Assembly: GCA_963752715.1 (NCBI GenBank)
Contig: CAVVZQ010000008.1
Span: 49,524-113,523 of the forward strand
Length of the DNA: 64,000 nucleotides
Reading direction: 5' to 3'
Origin: an uncultured Actinomycetota bacterium
GTDB lineage: Bacteria > Actinomycetota > Actinomycetes > Mycobacteriales > CAVVZQ01
A model generated the notes under the pieces. It made no database searches, was not told where the DNA came from, and saw only the letters and a list, made by a program, of their open reading frames with translations. Shown in pieces: positions 8,838 to 18,141 of the stretch. The translations under genes were made by a program, and so were the position numbers. Each line of letters begins with the position of its first letter. The first letter of the stretch is position 1.

Positions 8838-9707
8838 ATGGGAGAACCTCCGGCGATCTCGGTACGAGACCTGACCTTCGACTACGGCGACAAGCGAGCG
8901 GTGGCCGGCGTCTCCTTCGACGTCGCGGCGGGGGAGACACTCGGCTTCCTCGGGCCGAACGGGGCCGGGAAGTCGACCACCATCAAGATGCTCACCGGAC
9001 AGCTCCCACCCACTAGCGGCTCCATCCAGGTCCTGGGTATGCCGATGCCGGCAAAGCGTACGGATATCCAGGGCCGTATCGGAGTGTGCTTCGAAGAGAA
9101 GAACCTCTACCTGAGCATGAGTGCCAGGCAGAACCTGGTGTTCTTCGCGAAGCTGTTCGGCATCAAGGGCTTCGACCCGGACCCGCTGCTGGAGAGGGTG
9201 GGTCTGGCGGACCGGGCGGGCGATCAGGTGTCCGACTACTCCAAGGGCATGAGGCAGCGGCTCATGATGGCCCGCACGCTCGTGAACACCCCCGACGTAC
9301 TGTTCCTCGACGAGCCGACCGACGGCCTCGACCCCGTGTCGGCGAAGATGATCCGCCAGCTGATCACCGACGAGGCGAACCGGGGTGCCGCGATCCTGCT
9401 GACCACGCACGACATGTTCGAGGCCGATCAGCTCTCCGACCGGGTGGCGTTCATCAACGAGGGCACGGTGCTCACCATCGAGGCGCCGGAGACGCTCAAG
9501 CTCCAGCATGGCGAGAGGAGCATGCTGGTCCGTACCCGCGACGCCGACGGCACAGTTGTCGAGCGGCACGTCCCGCTCGACGCACCCGACTCCGCGGAGC
9601 AGATGGCTGCCGCCGTCGGCGGTCGCGAGGTGCTCACCATCCACACCGAGGAAGCGACGCTCGAGACGATCTTCATCCACTACGCGGGCCGTGGCCTGGA
9701 GGGGTGA
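8838..9707 (+). CDS. ABC transporter ATP-binding protein
   Basis: GPNGAGKST, YSKGMRQRL, VLFLDEPTDGLD. Confidence 0.9.
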   Translation: MGEPPAISVRDLTFDYGDKRAVAGVSFDVAAGETLGFLGPNGAGKSTTIKMLTGQLPPTSGSIQVLGMPMPAKRTDIQGRIGVCFEEKNLYLSMSARQNLVFFAKLFGIKGFDPDPLLERVGLADRAGDQVSDYSKGMRQRLMMARTLVNTPDVLFLDEPTDGLDPVSAKMIRQLITDEANRGAAILLTTHDMFEADQLSDRVAFINEGTVLTIEAPETLKLQHGERSMLVRTRDADGTVVERHVPLDAPDSAEQMAAAVGGREVLTIHTEEATLETIFIHYAGRGLEG

Positions 9708-9711
9708 CGCG

Positions 9712-10854
9712 ATGAGCGGCGGCATCATCTCGGCGATCGTCCGCAAGGACCTGGCCGCCTTCCGCGCCGACCGGTTCTTCATGCTGATGACCCTGCTCGG
9801 GATCATCCTGTACCCGGTGTTCTTCTGGCTGCTGCCCAGCTCGGTGGACGAGACGATTCGGCTGGGGGTGACTCCTCCCGCGACCCAGCAGGCCCTGCAG
9901 GGGCTACAGGGGTCGGATGGCGCTCAGGGCGCGGAGGGAGCTGAGGGGGCAGAGGGGGCAGAGGGGCTGGAGAGCAGTACCCAGGGCCTCGAGTTCGTGG
10001 CCTACCCCGACGAGACCTCGCTGGCCACGGCGGTGGAGCAGGGGGAGGACGGCGTGGTCGCCGGCATGGCCTTCCCCGCCGACTTCGCCGAGGCTGCCGC
10101 CGCGGGGCGGGAGACGACGGTGACGCTGTACGTGACGGCGGACCTGCCCCCCGAGGTGGAGTCCATGCTCACGGGGCTGGTCTCCGAGATCGGGTACCTC
10201 GCAGCAGGGCAGCCGCCCCCGGTGGACCCGATGACCGCGACCACGGTGCTGGGGGAGGACCGGATCGGCGATCAGGTGACCCTGCGCGAGCAGCTGCGAC
10301 CGCTGATCGCCTTCTTCGTCCTGATCGTGGAGACGTTCGCGCTGGCGTCACTGGTCGCCAATGAGGTTCAGCAGCGTACGGTTCAGGCCGTCCTCGTCAC
10401 TCCGGCCAGCAGCCGGGACTTCATCGCCGCCAAGGGCGTGACCGGGACCTCGCTCGCGTTCGCCGAGGCGGTGCTCATCATGCTGCTCATCGGCGGCTTC
10501 GCGGTGGGCGCACCGATCCTGCTGGTTGCGCTGCTGCTGGGTGCGGTGCTGGTGACCGGTTTCGGGCTGCTCTCCGGGGCCTTCGGCAAGGACTTCATCA
10601 CGGTCCTGTTCATCTCGATGCTGTTCATGATCCCGCTCATGGTGCCGGCGTTCGCGGCCCTGTTCCCGGGGACGCCTGCGGGCTGGATCAGGGCCTTGCC
10701 GAGCTACGGCCTGGTGGACACGATTGTGGCAGTGACGACGCAGAGTGCCGGGTGGGCGGAGGTGGCTCCGTCGTTGCTGGCCCTCGCCGTGTGGTGCCTG
10801 GCGATCTTCGCGGCGGGTGCGGCCGTCCTGTCGTGGAGGGTGGCGAGGCTGTGA
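9712..10854 (+). CDS. ABC-2 transporter permease with a large extracytoplasmic loop
   Basis: ATG at 9712, 5 nt after the ATPase stop. N-terminal TM, loop containing GAQGAEGAEGAEGAEG, then five C-terminal TM helices. Confidence 0.8.
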   Translation: MSGGIISAIVRKDLAAFRADRFFMLMTLLGIILYPVFFWLLPSSVDETIRLGVTPPATQQALQGLQGSDGAQGAEGAEGAEGAEGLESSTQGLEFVAYPDETSLATAVEQGEDGVVAGMAFPADFAEAAAAGRETTVTLYVTADLPPEVESMLTGLVSEIGYLAAGQPPPVDPMTATTVLGEDRIGDQVTLREQLRPLIAFFVLIVETFALASLVANEVQQRTVQAVLVTPASSRDFIAAKGVTGTSLAFAEAVLIMLLIGGFAVGAPILLVALLLGAVLVTGFGLLSGAFGKDFITVLFISMLFMIPLMVPAFAALFPGTPAGWIRALPSYGLVDTIVAVTTQSAGWAEVAPSLLALAVWCLAIFAAGAAVLSWRVARL

Positions 10855-11918
10855 GCGTCCCGCGGGCACTGCGTGTCATGGAGAAGGACCTGAGGCTGGG
10901 ACCCCGGTCGCCGATATTCCTCTGGTCGCTGGCGCTGCCGATTCTGCTGACCCTGGTCGTCACGCTGGTCTTCGGCAGCCTGCTCGAGCCGCCCGCCCGG
11001 CTCGCGGTCGTCGACGAGGGCTCCTCGGTGCTCACTGCGGAGCTGCAGCAGACGGAGGGGATCCAGGTGACGGTCCTGGACTCCACCGAGGAGCTGATGG
11101 CCGGCGTGGAGGCGCACGACTACGACGCCGGGCTGGTGCTGCAGGAGGGCTTCGACGAGGCGGTACGGGCAGGTGAGCAGCCGCAGCTGCAGTTTGTGGT
11201 GTCCGGCCAGAGCCTGGCCTCGACCCGCGCGATCCTGGCTGTCACCACACTGGACCTGATCCGGGAGCTCTCCGGCGAGCCCGCCGCGGTCGACGTCGTG
11301 GTCACCCAGGTGGGGGATGCGGACTACGTGCCGGTCGAGGACCGGATGATCCCGCTGCTGGTCATATACGCGGTGGTCGTGGCCGGCATCTTCCTGCCCG
11401 CGGCGTCCCTGGTGGACGAGCGGGAGAAGCGTACGTTGGACGCGGTTCTCATCACCCCGACCAGGATGTCGGAGGTGCTCCTGGCCAAGCTGGCACTCGG
11501 TGTGCTGCTGGCGGTCCTGATGGGTACCGTGACGCTGCTGATCAACAGCGCGTTCGTCCAGCCGGTGGGCATGATCGTCTTCCTCGTGGTCGGCGCGGTC
11601 ATGCTGGCCGAGGCGGGGCTCATGCTCGGACTGTGGGCCAAGGACGGAAACACGCTGTTCAGCGCCATCAAGGCGGGCGGGATTATCGTCGTGATGCCGG
11701 TGATCTTCAACCTCTTCCCGACCTTGCCGCAGTGGATTGCCAAGCTGTTCCCGACCTACTACTTCCTCCAGCCGATCTATGAGATGTCCGTGGCGGGCAC
11801 CGCCCTGGGGGACCACCTCTGGCAGCTCGCCGTATCGGTGGGCATCTGCCTTGCCCTCCTGCCCGGGGTCGCCTCCTTGGGGCGTCGGGCGGAGCGACGG
11901 AGCGCGATGACGATCTGA
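10851..11918 (+). CDS. ABC-2 transporter permease (second subunit)
   Basis: GTG at 10851 overlaps the preceding stop (GTGA). Same architecture as the previous permease. An ATG at 10878 is an alternative start. Confidence 0.75.
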   Translation: MSVPRALRVMEKDLRLGPRSPIFLWSLALPILLTLVVTLVFGSLLEPPARLAVVDEGSSVLTAELQQTEGIQVTVLDSTEELMAGVEAHDYDAGLVLQEGFDEAVRAGEQPQLQFVVSGQSLASTRAILAVTTLDLIRELSGEPAAVDVVVTQVGDADYVPVEDRMIPLLVIYAVVVAGIFLPAASLVDEREKRTLDAVLITPTRMSEVLLAKLALGVLLAVLMGTVTLLINSAFVQPVGMIVFLVVGAVMLAEAGLMLGLWAKDGNTLFSAIKAGGIIVVMPVIFNLFPTLPQWIAKLFPTYYFLQPIYEMSVAGTALGDHLWQLAVSVGICLALLPGVASLGRRAERRSAMTI

Positions 11919-12016
11919 GGGGCTATCTGGTCTGGCCCGCTGTCCTCTGTGGAGCCGCTGAGCCGCGAGCCGCCCGCCCGTCCCGCGTTGAGGTGGGAAT
12001 GATGCGGCCTCAATGC

Positions 12017-12056
12017 GGTCCGCGAAACGGTCCAGAACTCGACCATTTCGCGGACC
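12017..12056. terminator. Perfect 11-bp inverted repeat GGTCCGCGAAA-N18-TTTCGCGGACC between convergent genes
   Basis: Read directly. Lies between the permease stop (11918) and the hemolysin III stop (12090). No T-tract, and the loop is long. Confidence 0.35.
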
Positions 12057-12089
12057 CAATTCGCCGCGCGGGGCGGGCCCGCGGCAGGC

Positions 12090-12812
12090 TCAGGCCACAG
12101 CGAGCGTGATCGCCACGTACTGCACCGTGAAGGCCGCGATCGTGAAGGCGTGGAAGATCTCGTGGTAGCCGAACCACTCGGGTACGGGGTCTGGGCGGCG
12201 CCGTGCGTACACCACCGCGCCCGCGGTGTAGAGGAGGCCTCCGATGATCAGCAGCAGCGCGACGGCCGGCCCACCCTCGCGCCAGATCGGAACGGCGTAG
12301 AAGATCGCCACCCACCCGAGGCCGATGTAGGTCACGACGGACAGCCAGCGCGGCGCGTGCAGCCAGAGCACCTGGAAGCCCACGCCGAGCAGGGCGAAGA
12401 ACCAGACCAGGACCAGCAGCTGCACCATCTGGTCATCGGACAGCAGCGCCACCGCGAGCGGCGTGTACGACCCAGCGATGAACAGGAAGATGTTCGCGTG
12501 GTCGATGCGGCGCAGCACCGCCCGGGTCTTGGGCTTCCAGGTGATCACGTGGTAGATCGCGCTCATCGTGAACAGCAGCACCGAGGTCACGATGTAGACC
12601 GCGAGCGCCCAGCGCACCGCCTCGTCGTCGGTGATCGCCATCAGGATCAGGCCGAGTACCAGAGCGACCGGGGCCGACCCGAGGTGCAGCCAGCCGCGCA
12701 GCTTGGGCCGGGCCGCGGGCGGTACGTGGGAGGCAACGGCCGCGATCTCCCGGTCCGCCTCATCCAGCACGCGGTCGAGCGCCGAATGGGATTCCGTCAC
12801 GTGTACCTCCAA
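12090..12812 (-). CDS. Hemolysin III / PAQR family channel protein
   Basis: RGWLHLGSAP, AIYHV, RIDHANIFLFIAGSYTP, GYHEIFHAF, seven TM helices. Confidence 0.85.
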   Translation of the reverse strand: MEVHVTESHSALDRVLDEADREIAAVASHVPPAARPKLRGWLHLGSAPVALVLGLILMAITDDEAVRWALAVYIVTSVLLFTMSAIYHVITWKPKTRAVLRRIDHANIFLFIAGSYTPLAVALLSDDQMVQLLVLVWFFALLGVGFQVLWLHAPRWLSVVTYIGLGWVAIFYAVPIWREGGPAVALLLIIGGLLYTAGAVVYARRRPDPVPEWFGYHEIFHAFTIAAFTVQYVAITLAVA

Positions 12813-12987
12813 ATCCCCCCCAGGCTACGCGCGGGCCTCGCCGGGTGACCTACGGTGAGTCAGGAGCATGAACCTTCGGCCTCGGGGGGCGAGCCTGTGA
12901 TCGAAGTCCGTGGATCGTGCCCGGGGACGTTCACCGGCCTCCTAGGCCTCCTAGGCCGCTGGGCCGGACCAGGAGGGAGCGGTCGCT

Positions 12988-13161
12988 ATGCGCTACCGGG
13001 TTCATCGGTTCAACCTGAGGATGACGGCGGATCAGGGGAAGCTCGAGGCGTTCCTCAACAGCCTGCGCGGAGAGGTCGTCGCGATCATCCCGAACGTGAC
13101 CATCTCCTTTCTCTGGATACACAGGGTCGACTTCGTGCTGGTGGTGGAACGCCTCAGGTGA
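12988..13161 (+). CDS. Small hypothetical protein, 57 aa (below the ORF-track cutoff)
   Basis: ATG 12988 is preceded by AGGAGGGA at 12971-12978. Translation MRYRVHRFNLRMTADQGKLEAFLNSLRGEVVAIIPNVTISFLWIHRVDFVLVVERLR. Third codon positions are almost all G/C. Confidence 0.6.
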   Translation: MRYRVHRFNLRMTADQGKLEAFLNSLRGEVVAIIPNVTISFLWIHRVDFVLVVERLR

Positions 13162-13409
13162 GGGCCTCGACCACCCGAGCGGCCGCCTGACGTCCCGAGG
13201 CGATGCCGCCGGGCACCCTCCCGCCCCGTGCGTCGTGCCGCCAGCGCCCATGTCGACCGCGCCCGCATCACTGCGTCCGGACTCTGCAGCAGGGTTGCCG
13301 AGCGGTCAGTGCATACCCCTCGTCGGTGCTCAGCTCGCCGGGGGAGCGTTCCAGGATGAACGGTAGCCCTGCAGTGCTGGCACGCCAGGCAATGTCGAGT
13401 TCGGGCGGC

Positions 13410-13917
13410 CTACAGGCCCAGGCCGGAGAGTGTGTTGGCGAGCTCCCCGCGCGCCCGCTCCCGGGAGGACGTCGCGTCGGCGGCGTCGGCAGCCCGCGTG
13501 GCCAGGCGACGGCACTCGGTGAGGCTGGTCCGGGCCAGCACGGCGGCGACCCCGCGGATCGCGCGGGGCGTCATGGACAAGCTGGTCCCCCTCAGGCCGA
13601 CCAATACGACGGCCAGGGCGGGGTCCGCGGCTGCCTCACCACACACCCCGATTGGTCGACCCCGTGCTGCCGCTCCCCGGCAGGCGATCCGGACCAGCCG
13701 CAGCACCGCGGGCTGCCAGGGATCCCAGGGCGGGGTTGGCCTCTGCGCCGAGCGGGAGGAACGGCAGCGGCTTGTCCGCTCCCGCGTCCAGGGTGCGGAT
13801 GACCACCGTGCGGTGCGGGAAGGCGGCCAGCGACGGGATCACCTCAGTTCCGTAGCCGGGCTCCAGGGCATGCAGCGGCGGTCGGCCCTGCTGCCTCGGA
13901 ACGAGCACCAACCGCAC
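13410..13917 (-). pseudogene. ptsI: Relic of PTS enzyme I (PEP-protein phosphotransferase, PtsI)
   Basis: Two frames carry PtsI-like pieces: VVIRTLDAGADKPLPFLPLGAEANPALG and IGVCGEAAADPALAVVLVGLRGTSLSMTPRAI. The N-terminal half and the central catalytic segment are absent. Confidence 0.7.
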
Positions 13918-14033
13918 GACCCAAGAGCCGTGCCGACACTCCCGAGCAGGGGCGCTCCGTGCTCATCGGAGCGCTGTCCTAAGGTTCTGCATGCGACAGG
14001 ACGGATGACGTGCCCACGCATGGAGGAGACGGG

Positions 14034-17000
14034 ATGCGCGCGACGCAGAGGCGGAACCCGAGTCGAGCGTCCTTGGCTGTCGGTACGGCCATTCTGTTGC
14101 TGGCCGCCCTTGTCACGGTCGCTGCCCAGGCGCCGTCGCGAGCTGCTGTGGCGCCCGCGCCGAACCCGCCGATCGAGGACTCCTGCGGGGTCGATGTCTC
14201 GCTGATCCTGGATGCCTCGGGCTCGATCCAGAATTCCAGCGCCGTCAACACGGTGCGGAACGCCGCGCAGGCCTTCCTGAACGCGCTCAAGGACACCAAC
14301 TCCGCGGCGCGGGTGCTGCAGTTCGGCACTGTGGCCGGAGAGAGCGCTCCCGGCACCCAGGTGACCGGAGACAGCCTGGCCCCGGGCGGGGTGCTCGACG
14401 ATGCGCTGCGGGACTACTACAGCCCCAGACCGTCTATCGTGCCGCCGGTCACTGCCTACAAGTACGACGGTAGCGGGGACCCGCTCTCGAGCGACAACTA
14501 CGCTCGCCGCACGTCGGACCAGTACACGAACTGGGACCAGGCGCTGCACCGAAGTGGCGAGCAGCGGGCCGAGCTGGCGGTGTTCATCACCGACGGCGAC
14601 CCCACCGCCTTCGACTTCGACCGACCCGGAGACCCGTTCTACGTGGCCGGTCAAGACCCGCCGAACGTCGCCTGGAACGCCACGAGTGGTCAGGCCCGGC
14701 AGCTCGCCCTGGACCGGGCGGTGGAAGAAGCGAACGGACTGAAGGCCGCTGGGACCCGGGTCCTGGCGGTCGGTGTCGGCGCAGCCGTCACCAGTGGCAG
14801 CAGCGTCGATCGGCTCAAGGCGGTCTCCGGTCCGAACGTCGCCCGCACCGCTGCCGATTTCGACATCAAGACCACGGACGTGTCTTTGGTGTCCAACTTC
14901 TCCGACCTCGCAGCCGCGCTGCGCAAGGTCGTGGTGGAGCTGTGCTCGCCATCGCTGACGGTCCGCAAGCTGGCCCAGACCTCCGACAGTGCGCAGTACT
15001 CGCCGGCGCAGGGCTGGAGCATCACGGCGGAGCCGAGCGTCGCCACCACGGCGAACCCCCCGTACCAGTGGAACCTGCCCAGCGGCGGTGGGCCGGCGCC
15101 CGGGCCACGGACCGTCGACACCGACGGCAACGGGTTCGCGCAGTTCCAGTGGGAGCCGGACCCGCCAACCTCGCAGACCACCGTAGCCGTGTCGGAGGCC
15201 GCGCAACCGGGCTTCACACCGGGTGAGTTCCGCTGCGAGCAGCGCGACGAGGACGGAACAGTGACGGTCATCGGGCCGTCCCCGATGCCCGGTGGCACGT
15301 TTGACATCGACGTGGGTCCCGAGCAGATCGTGACGTGCGAGCTGCGCAACTCCTTCGACTTCGACCCGCAGATCGCAGTTGCGAAGACCGACGCCCCATC
15401 GAGCGTGATCGCGCCTGCGACGGCGGGGTCCACGTTCAAGGTCACCAACCCCGGCAACACCCCGCTGCGTTCCGTCACGCTCGTCGACGACCTGTGCTCG
15501 CCGGCGCGCCCCACCGAGAACCCGCCGGGCTTCAACGTCGGGGACAGCAACCAGAACCAGGCCCTCGACACTACCGAGACCTGGGTCTTCACGTGCTCCC
15601 GCACGGTCCAGCAAGGCCTGACGACGGAAGACGTGAGCCAGACGAACACGGTGACCGCGACCGGCGTGCCGCCCACCGGACCGCCGGTCACCACCACCGG
15701 CACCGGCACGGTCCGGGTGTTCACGCCCGGCGTGGAGCTGACCAAGCTGGTGCGTACGGCGGACCAAGGACCCGCCCCTGAACTGGAGGTCGACACCGGG
15801 ACCGCAGTGACCTACGAGTACGGGATCCGCAACACCGGCAACGTCGACCTGGACCCGGTGACCCTCACCGACGACCAGCCGGCCTGCGCCACTCCGGTGC
15901 GGGAGCCGGATGCTCCCGGCAACGACGACGACATCCTCGAGGTGGGTGAGGCATGGCGCTTCTCGTGCACCACGACCCCCACCGAGGGTGTGGTGAACAC
16001 TGCGACGGCGACTGCCACGCCCAAGCCGCCCACCGGCCCCCCGGGCACCCCGTTGGTGCCGACCGCCACCGCTCGCGTGACCGTACACAACCCGGGCCTC
16101 GAGCTCACCAAGGCTGCGAGCGCCACGCGGGTCGTCCCCGGCACCGACGTCACCTACACCTACCGGGCGACCAACACCGGAGACGAGAACCTGACCGATG
16201 TCGTGCTCAGCGACGATCAGACGGCGTGCGCGGCCCCGACCCGAGGGCCGGACGATCCCGGCAACAACGACGACGTCCTCGATGTCGGCGAGAGCTGGGT
16301 CTACACCTGCACCACGCCGTTGACCGAGCCGACCACCAACACCGCGAACGTCACGACGAACCAGATCACGCCACCGCCGGTGAGCGTCTTCGTGGATGTG
16401 ATCGCGGTCGACATCAGCCTGACCAAGGAGGCCCTGCAGGCGGCGGTGCTCGACCCGTCCGCAGACCCGGAGTTCGGTCTTGACGTCCCGACCCCGCGAC
16501 CGGCCGGCTACCGCTACATCGTGGGCAACCCCGGCGGGGCTCCGCTGGCCACCGTCGATGTGACCGATGACAAGTGTGACTCGGTCTCCTTCGTCACGGG
16601 GGACACCAACGGCGACGACCGGCTGGACCCCACCGAGCTGTGGCTGTTCACCTGCGTGACGCCGTTGACGCGGTCCGACGGCTCGGCGCCGGACCCCCGG
16701 CTGCCGGCGGTGGTGGAGAACACTGCAGTTGCCACCGGAACGCCGGTGGTCGGCCAGACCCCGGGCGAACCGATCTCGGCGACCGACACGGCGGCCGTCC
16801 TGGTGATCACGCCGAACCTGACCCTCACGAAGACCGCTTCTGCCAGTGTCGTCCGACCGCGTGACCCGGTGACCTACACCTTCGAAGTGGCCAACACCGG
16901 TGATGTCGGCCTGTCCGGCGTCAGTCTCACCGACGACAGGTGCAGCCCGCTGAGCTTCGTCGGCGGGGACGACAACGGCAACGGCCTTCTCGATGGTGGG

Positions 17001-18020
17001 ACCGCTCCGGAGACCTGGACCTTCTCGTGCACTCGCCCGGTGGACTTCCCGAGTCCGGATGTCAACACGGCGCAGGTGATCGTGACCGACCCGCTCGGGA
17101 ACCTGTACCGGCGAGAGGCGACTGCCGAGGTACGGGTGCTGGACCCGGCGATCGGGCTGACCAAGACGGCGAGCAGCGACCTGGTGCTGGCCGGGACCGA
17201 GGTCACCTACACCTTCCGCGTGACCAACGCGGGCGAGCAGGCGCGGCCCGAGGACGACGTGCTCACCAACGTGACCCTGACCGATCAGACCGACCCACCG
17301 GTGGACGGGTGCGACGCGCCGGTTCGTGGTCCCGATGACCCGGGCAATGGTGATGACCTGCTGGATATCGGTGAGACCTGGGTCTACACGTGTTCGGCAG
17401 TCATCACGGAGCAGACCACGAACACTGGGGTGGCCACCGGCACGGACATCCTGACGAGCAAGGTCACCACGTCCGACCACCACACCGTGGCGCCGTTCAC
17501 GACCGGGATATCGGTCACGAAGGTGGCTGAGCCAGCTTCGCTGACCGCGCCCGGCGGGGAGGTCACCTACCGCTACGACGTAGTCAACACCGGGACGGTG
17601 CCGCTGGCCGACGTGCGGGACCGAATTGCCGACGACACCTGCGCCGACGTGCAGTACGTCTCCGGCGACGAGGACGGCAACGACCTGCTCACCAGCGAGG
17701 GCGACCAGTTCGAGACCGGTCCGGCCGAGGTGTGGCGCTTCACCTGCACCACGAACGTCAGTCGGGACACCACCAACACGGTCACGGTGACCGGGACCCC
17801 GGTGCGTCCCACGCCGAGTGGGCCGGAGCCGCTCAGCCCCGACGTCACCGGCAAGGACACCGCAACGGTACGAGTGGTGCCCCCGCCCACCACCCCGCCG
17901 GGTGGCACCCCCGGGCTGCCGGAGACCGGGACGGACGCGCTGCGTATGACGCAGCTCGCCGTCCTCCTTGTGGCGCTGGGTGCGCTGCTGGCGCTCCCGT
18001 GGCGACGTCGCCAGATGTGA
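14034..18020 (+). CDS. LPXTG-anchored surface protein: VWA domain, SpaA/Cna-B-like domain and seven DUF11-like Cys-pair repeats
   Basis: GGAGGAG lies 6 nt before ATG 14034. Signal peptide, MIDAS DVSLILDASGSI, seven L-T-K...VTYTY.v.NTG...DD..C...GD.N.D..LD..E.W.FTC modules, and a C-terminal LPETG plus TM plus RRRQM. Confidence 0.9.
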   Translation: MRATQRRNPSRASLAVGTAILLLAALVTVAAQAPSRAAVAPAPNPPIEDSCGVDVSLILDASGSIQNSSAVNTVRNAAQAFLNALKDTNSAARVLQFGTVAGESAPGTQVTGDSLAPGGVLDDALRDYYSPRPSIVPPVTAYKYDGSGDPLSSDNYARRTSDQYTNWDQALHRSGEQRAELAVFITDGDPTAFDFDRPGDPFYVAGQDPPNVAWNATSGQARQLALDRAVEEANGLKAAGTRVLAVGVGAAVTSGSSVDRLKAVSGPNVARTAADFDIKTTDVSLVSNFSDLAAALRKVVVELCSPSLTVRKLAQTSDSAQYSPAQGWSITAEPSVATTANPPYQWNLPSGGGPAPGPRTVDTDGNGFAQFQWEPDPPTSQTTVAVSEAAQPGFTPGEFRCEQRDEDGTVTVIGPSPMPGGTFDIDVGPEQIVTCELRNSFDFDPQIAVAKTDAPSSVIAPATAGSTFKVTNPGNTPLRSVTLVDDLCSPARPTENPPGFNVGDSNQNQALDTTETWVFTCSRTVQQGLTTEDVSQTNTVTATGVPPTGPPVTTTGTGTVRVFTPGVELTKLVRTADQGPAPELEVDTGTAVTYEYGIRNTGNVDLDPVTLTDDQPACATPVREPDAPGNDDDILEVGEAWRFSCTTTPTEGVVNTATATATPKPPTGPPGTPLVPTATARVTVHNPGLELTKAASATRVVPGTDVTYTYRATNTGDENLTDVVLSDDQTACAAPTRGPDDPGNNDDVLDVGESWVYTCTTPLTEPTTNTANVTTNQITPPPVSVFVDVIAVDISLTKEALQAAVLDPSADPEFGLDVPTPRPAGYRYIVGNPGGAPLATVDVTDDKCDSVSFVTGDTNGDDRLDPTELWLFTCVTPLTRSDGSAPDPRLPAVVENTAVATGTPVVGQTPGEPISATDTAAVLVITPNLTLTKTASASVVRPRDPVTYTFEVANTGDVGLSGVSLTDDRCSPLSFVGGDDNGNGLLDGGTAPETWTFSCTRPVDFPSPDVNTAQVIVTDPLGNLYRREATAEVRVLDPAIGLTKTASSDLVLAGTEVTYTFRVTNAGEQARPEDDVLTNVTLTDQTDPPVDGCDAPVRGPDDPGNGDDLLDIGETWVYTCSAVITEQTTNTGVATGTDILTSKVTTSDHHTVAPFTTGISVTKVAEPASLTAPGGEVTYRYDVVNTGTVPLADVRDRIADDTCADVQYVSGDEDGNDLLTSEGDQFETGPAEVWRFTCTTNVSRDTTNTVTVTGTPVRPTPSGPEPLSPDVTGKDTATVRVVPPPTTPPGGTPGLPETGTDALRMTQLAVLLVALGALLALPWRRRQM

Positions 18021-18141
18021 TCGCGTCGGTTTCCCTCCAGTGCGGGAGGGAGACGACTAGCGTCGGGTGCGACTCGTCGCTCCCAGGGTGACCCGGCATG
18101 CCCGGAAGTCCCGGAAGCCGCCCTACTGGAGGAGGCCCCCG

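Noticed and set aside
12855-13190. 111-aa plus-strand ORF
   Set aside because: Gly/Arg-rich translation. An overlapping 57-aa ORF in another frame has a strong SD sequence and better codon-position GC.
13161-13410. Possible glycoside-hydrolase-like remnant on the minus strand (ELDIAWRASTAGLPFILERSPGELSTDEGYALTA)
   Set aside because: It is only a short, weak resemblance, broken by stops in all frames. That is not enough to name a family.
13839-17483. 1214-aa minus-strand ORF opposite the VWA/LPXTG gene
   Set aside because: Arg/Gly/Pro-rich nonsense translation with no motifs. It is a typical antisense shadow ORF in high-GC DNA, and the plus-strand gene has clear domains and signals.
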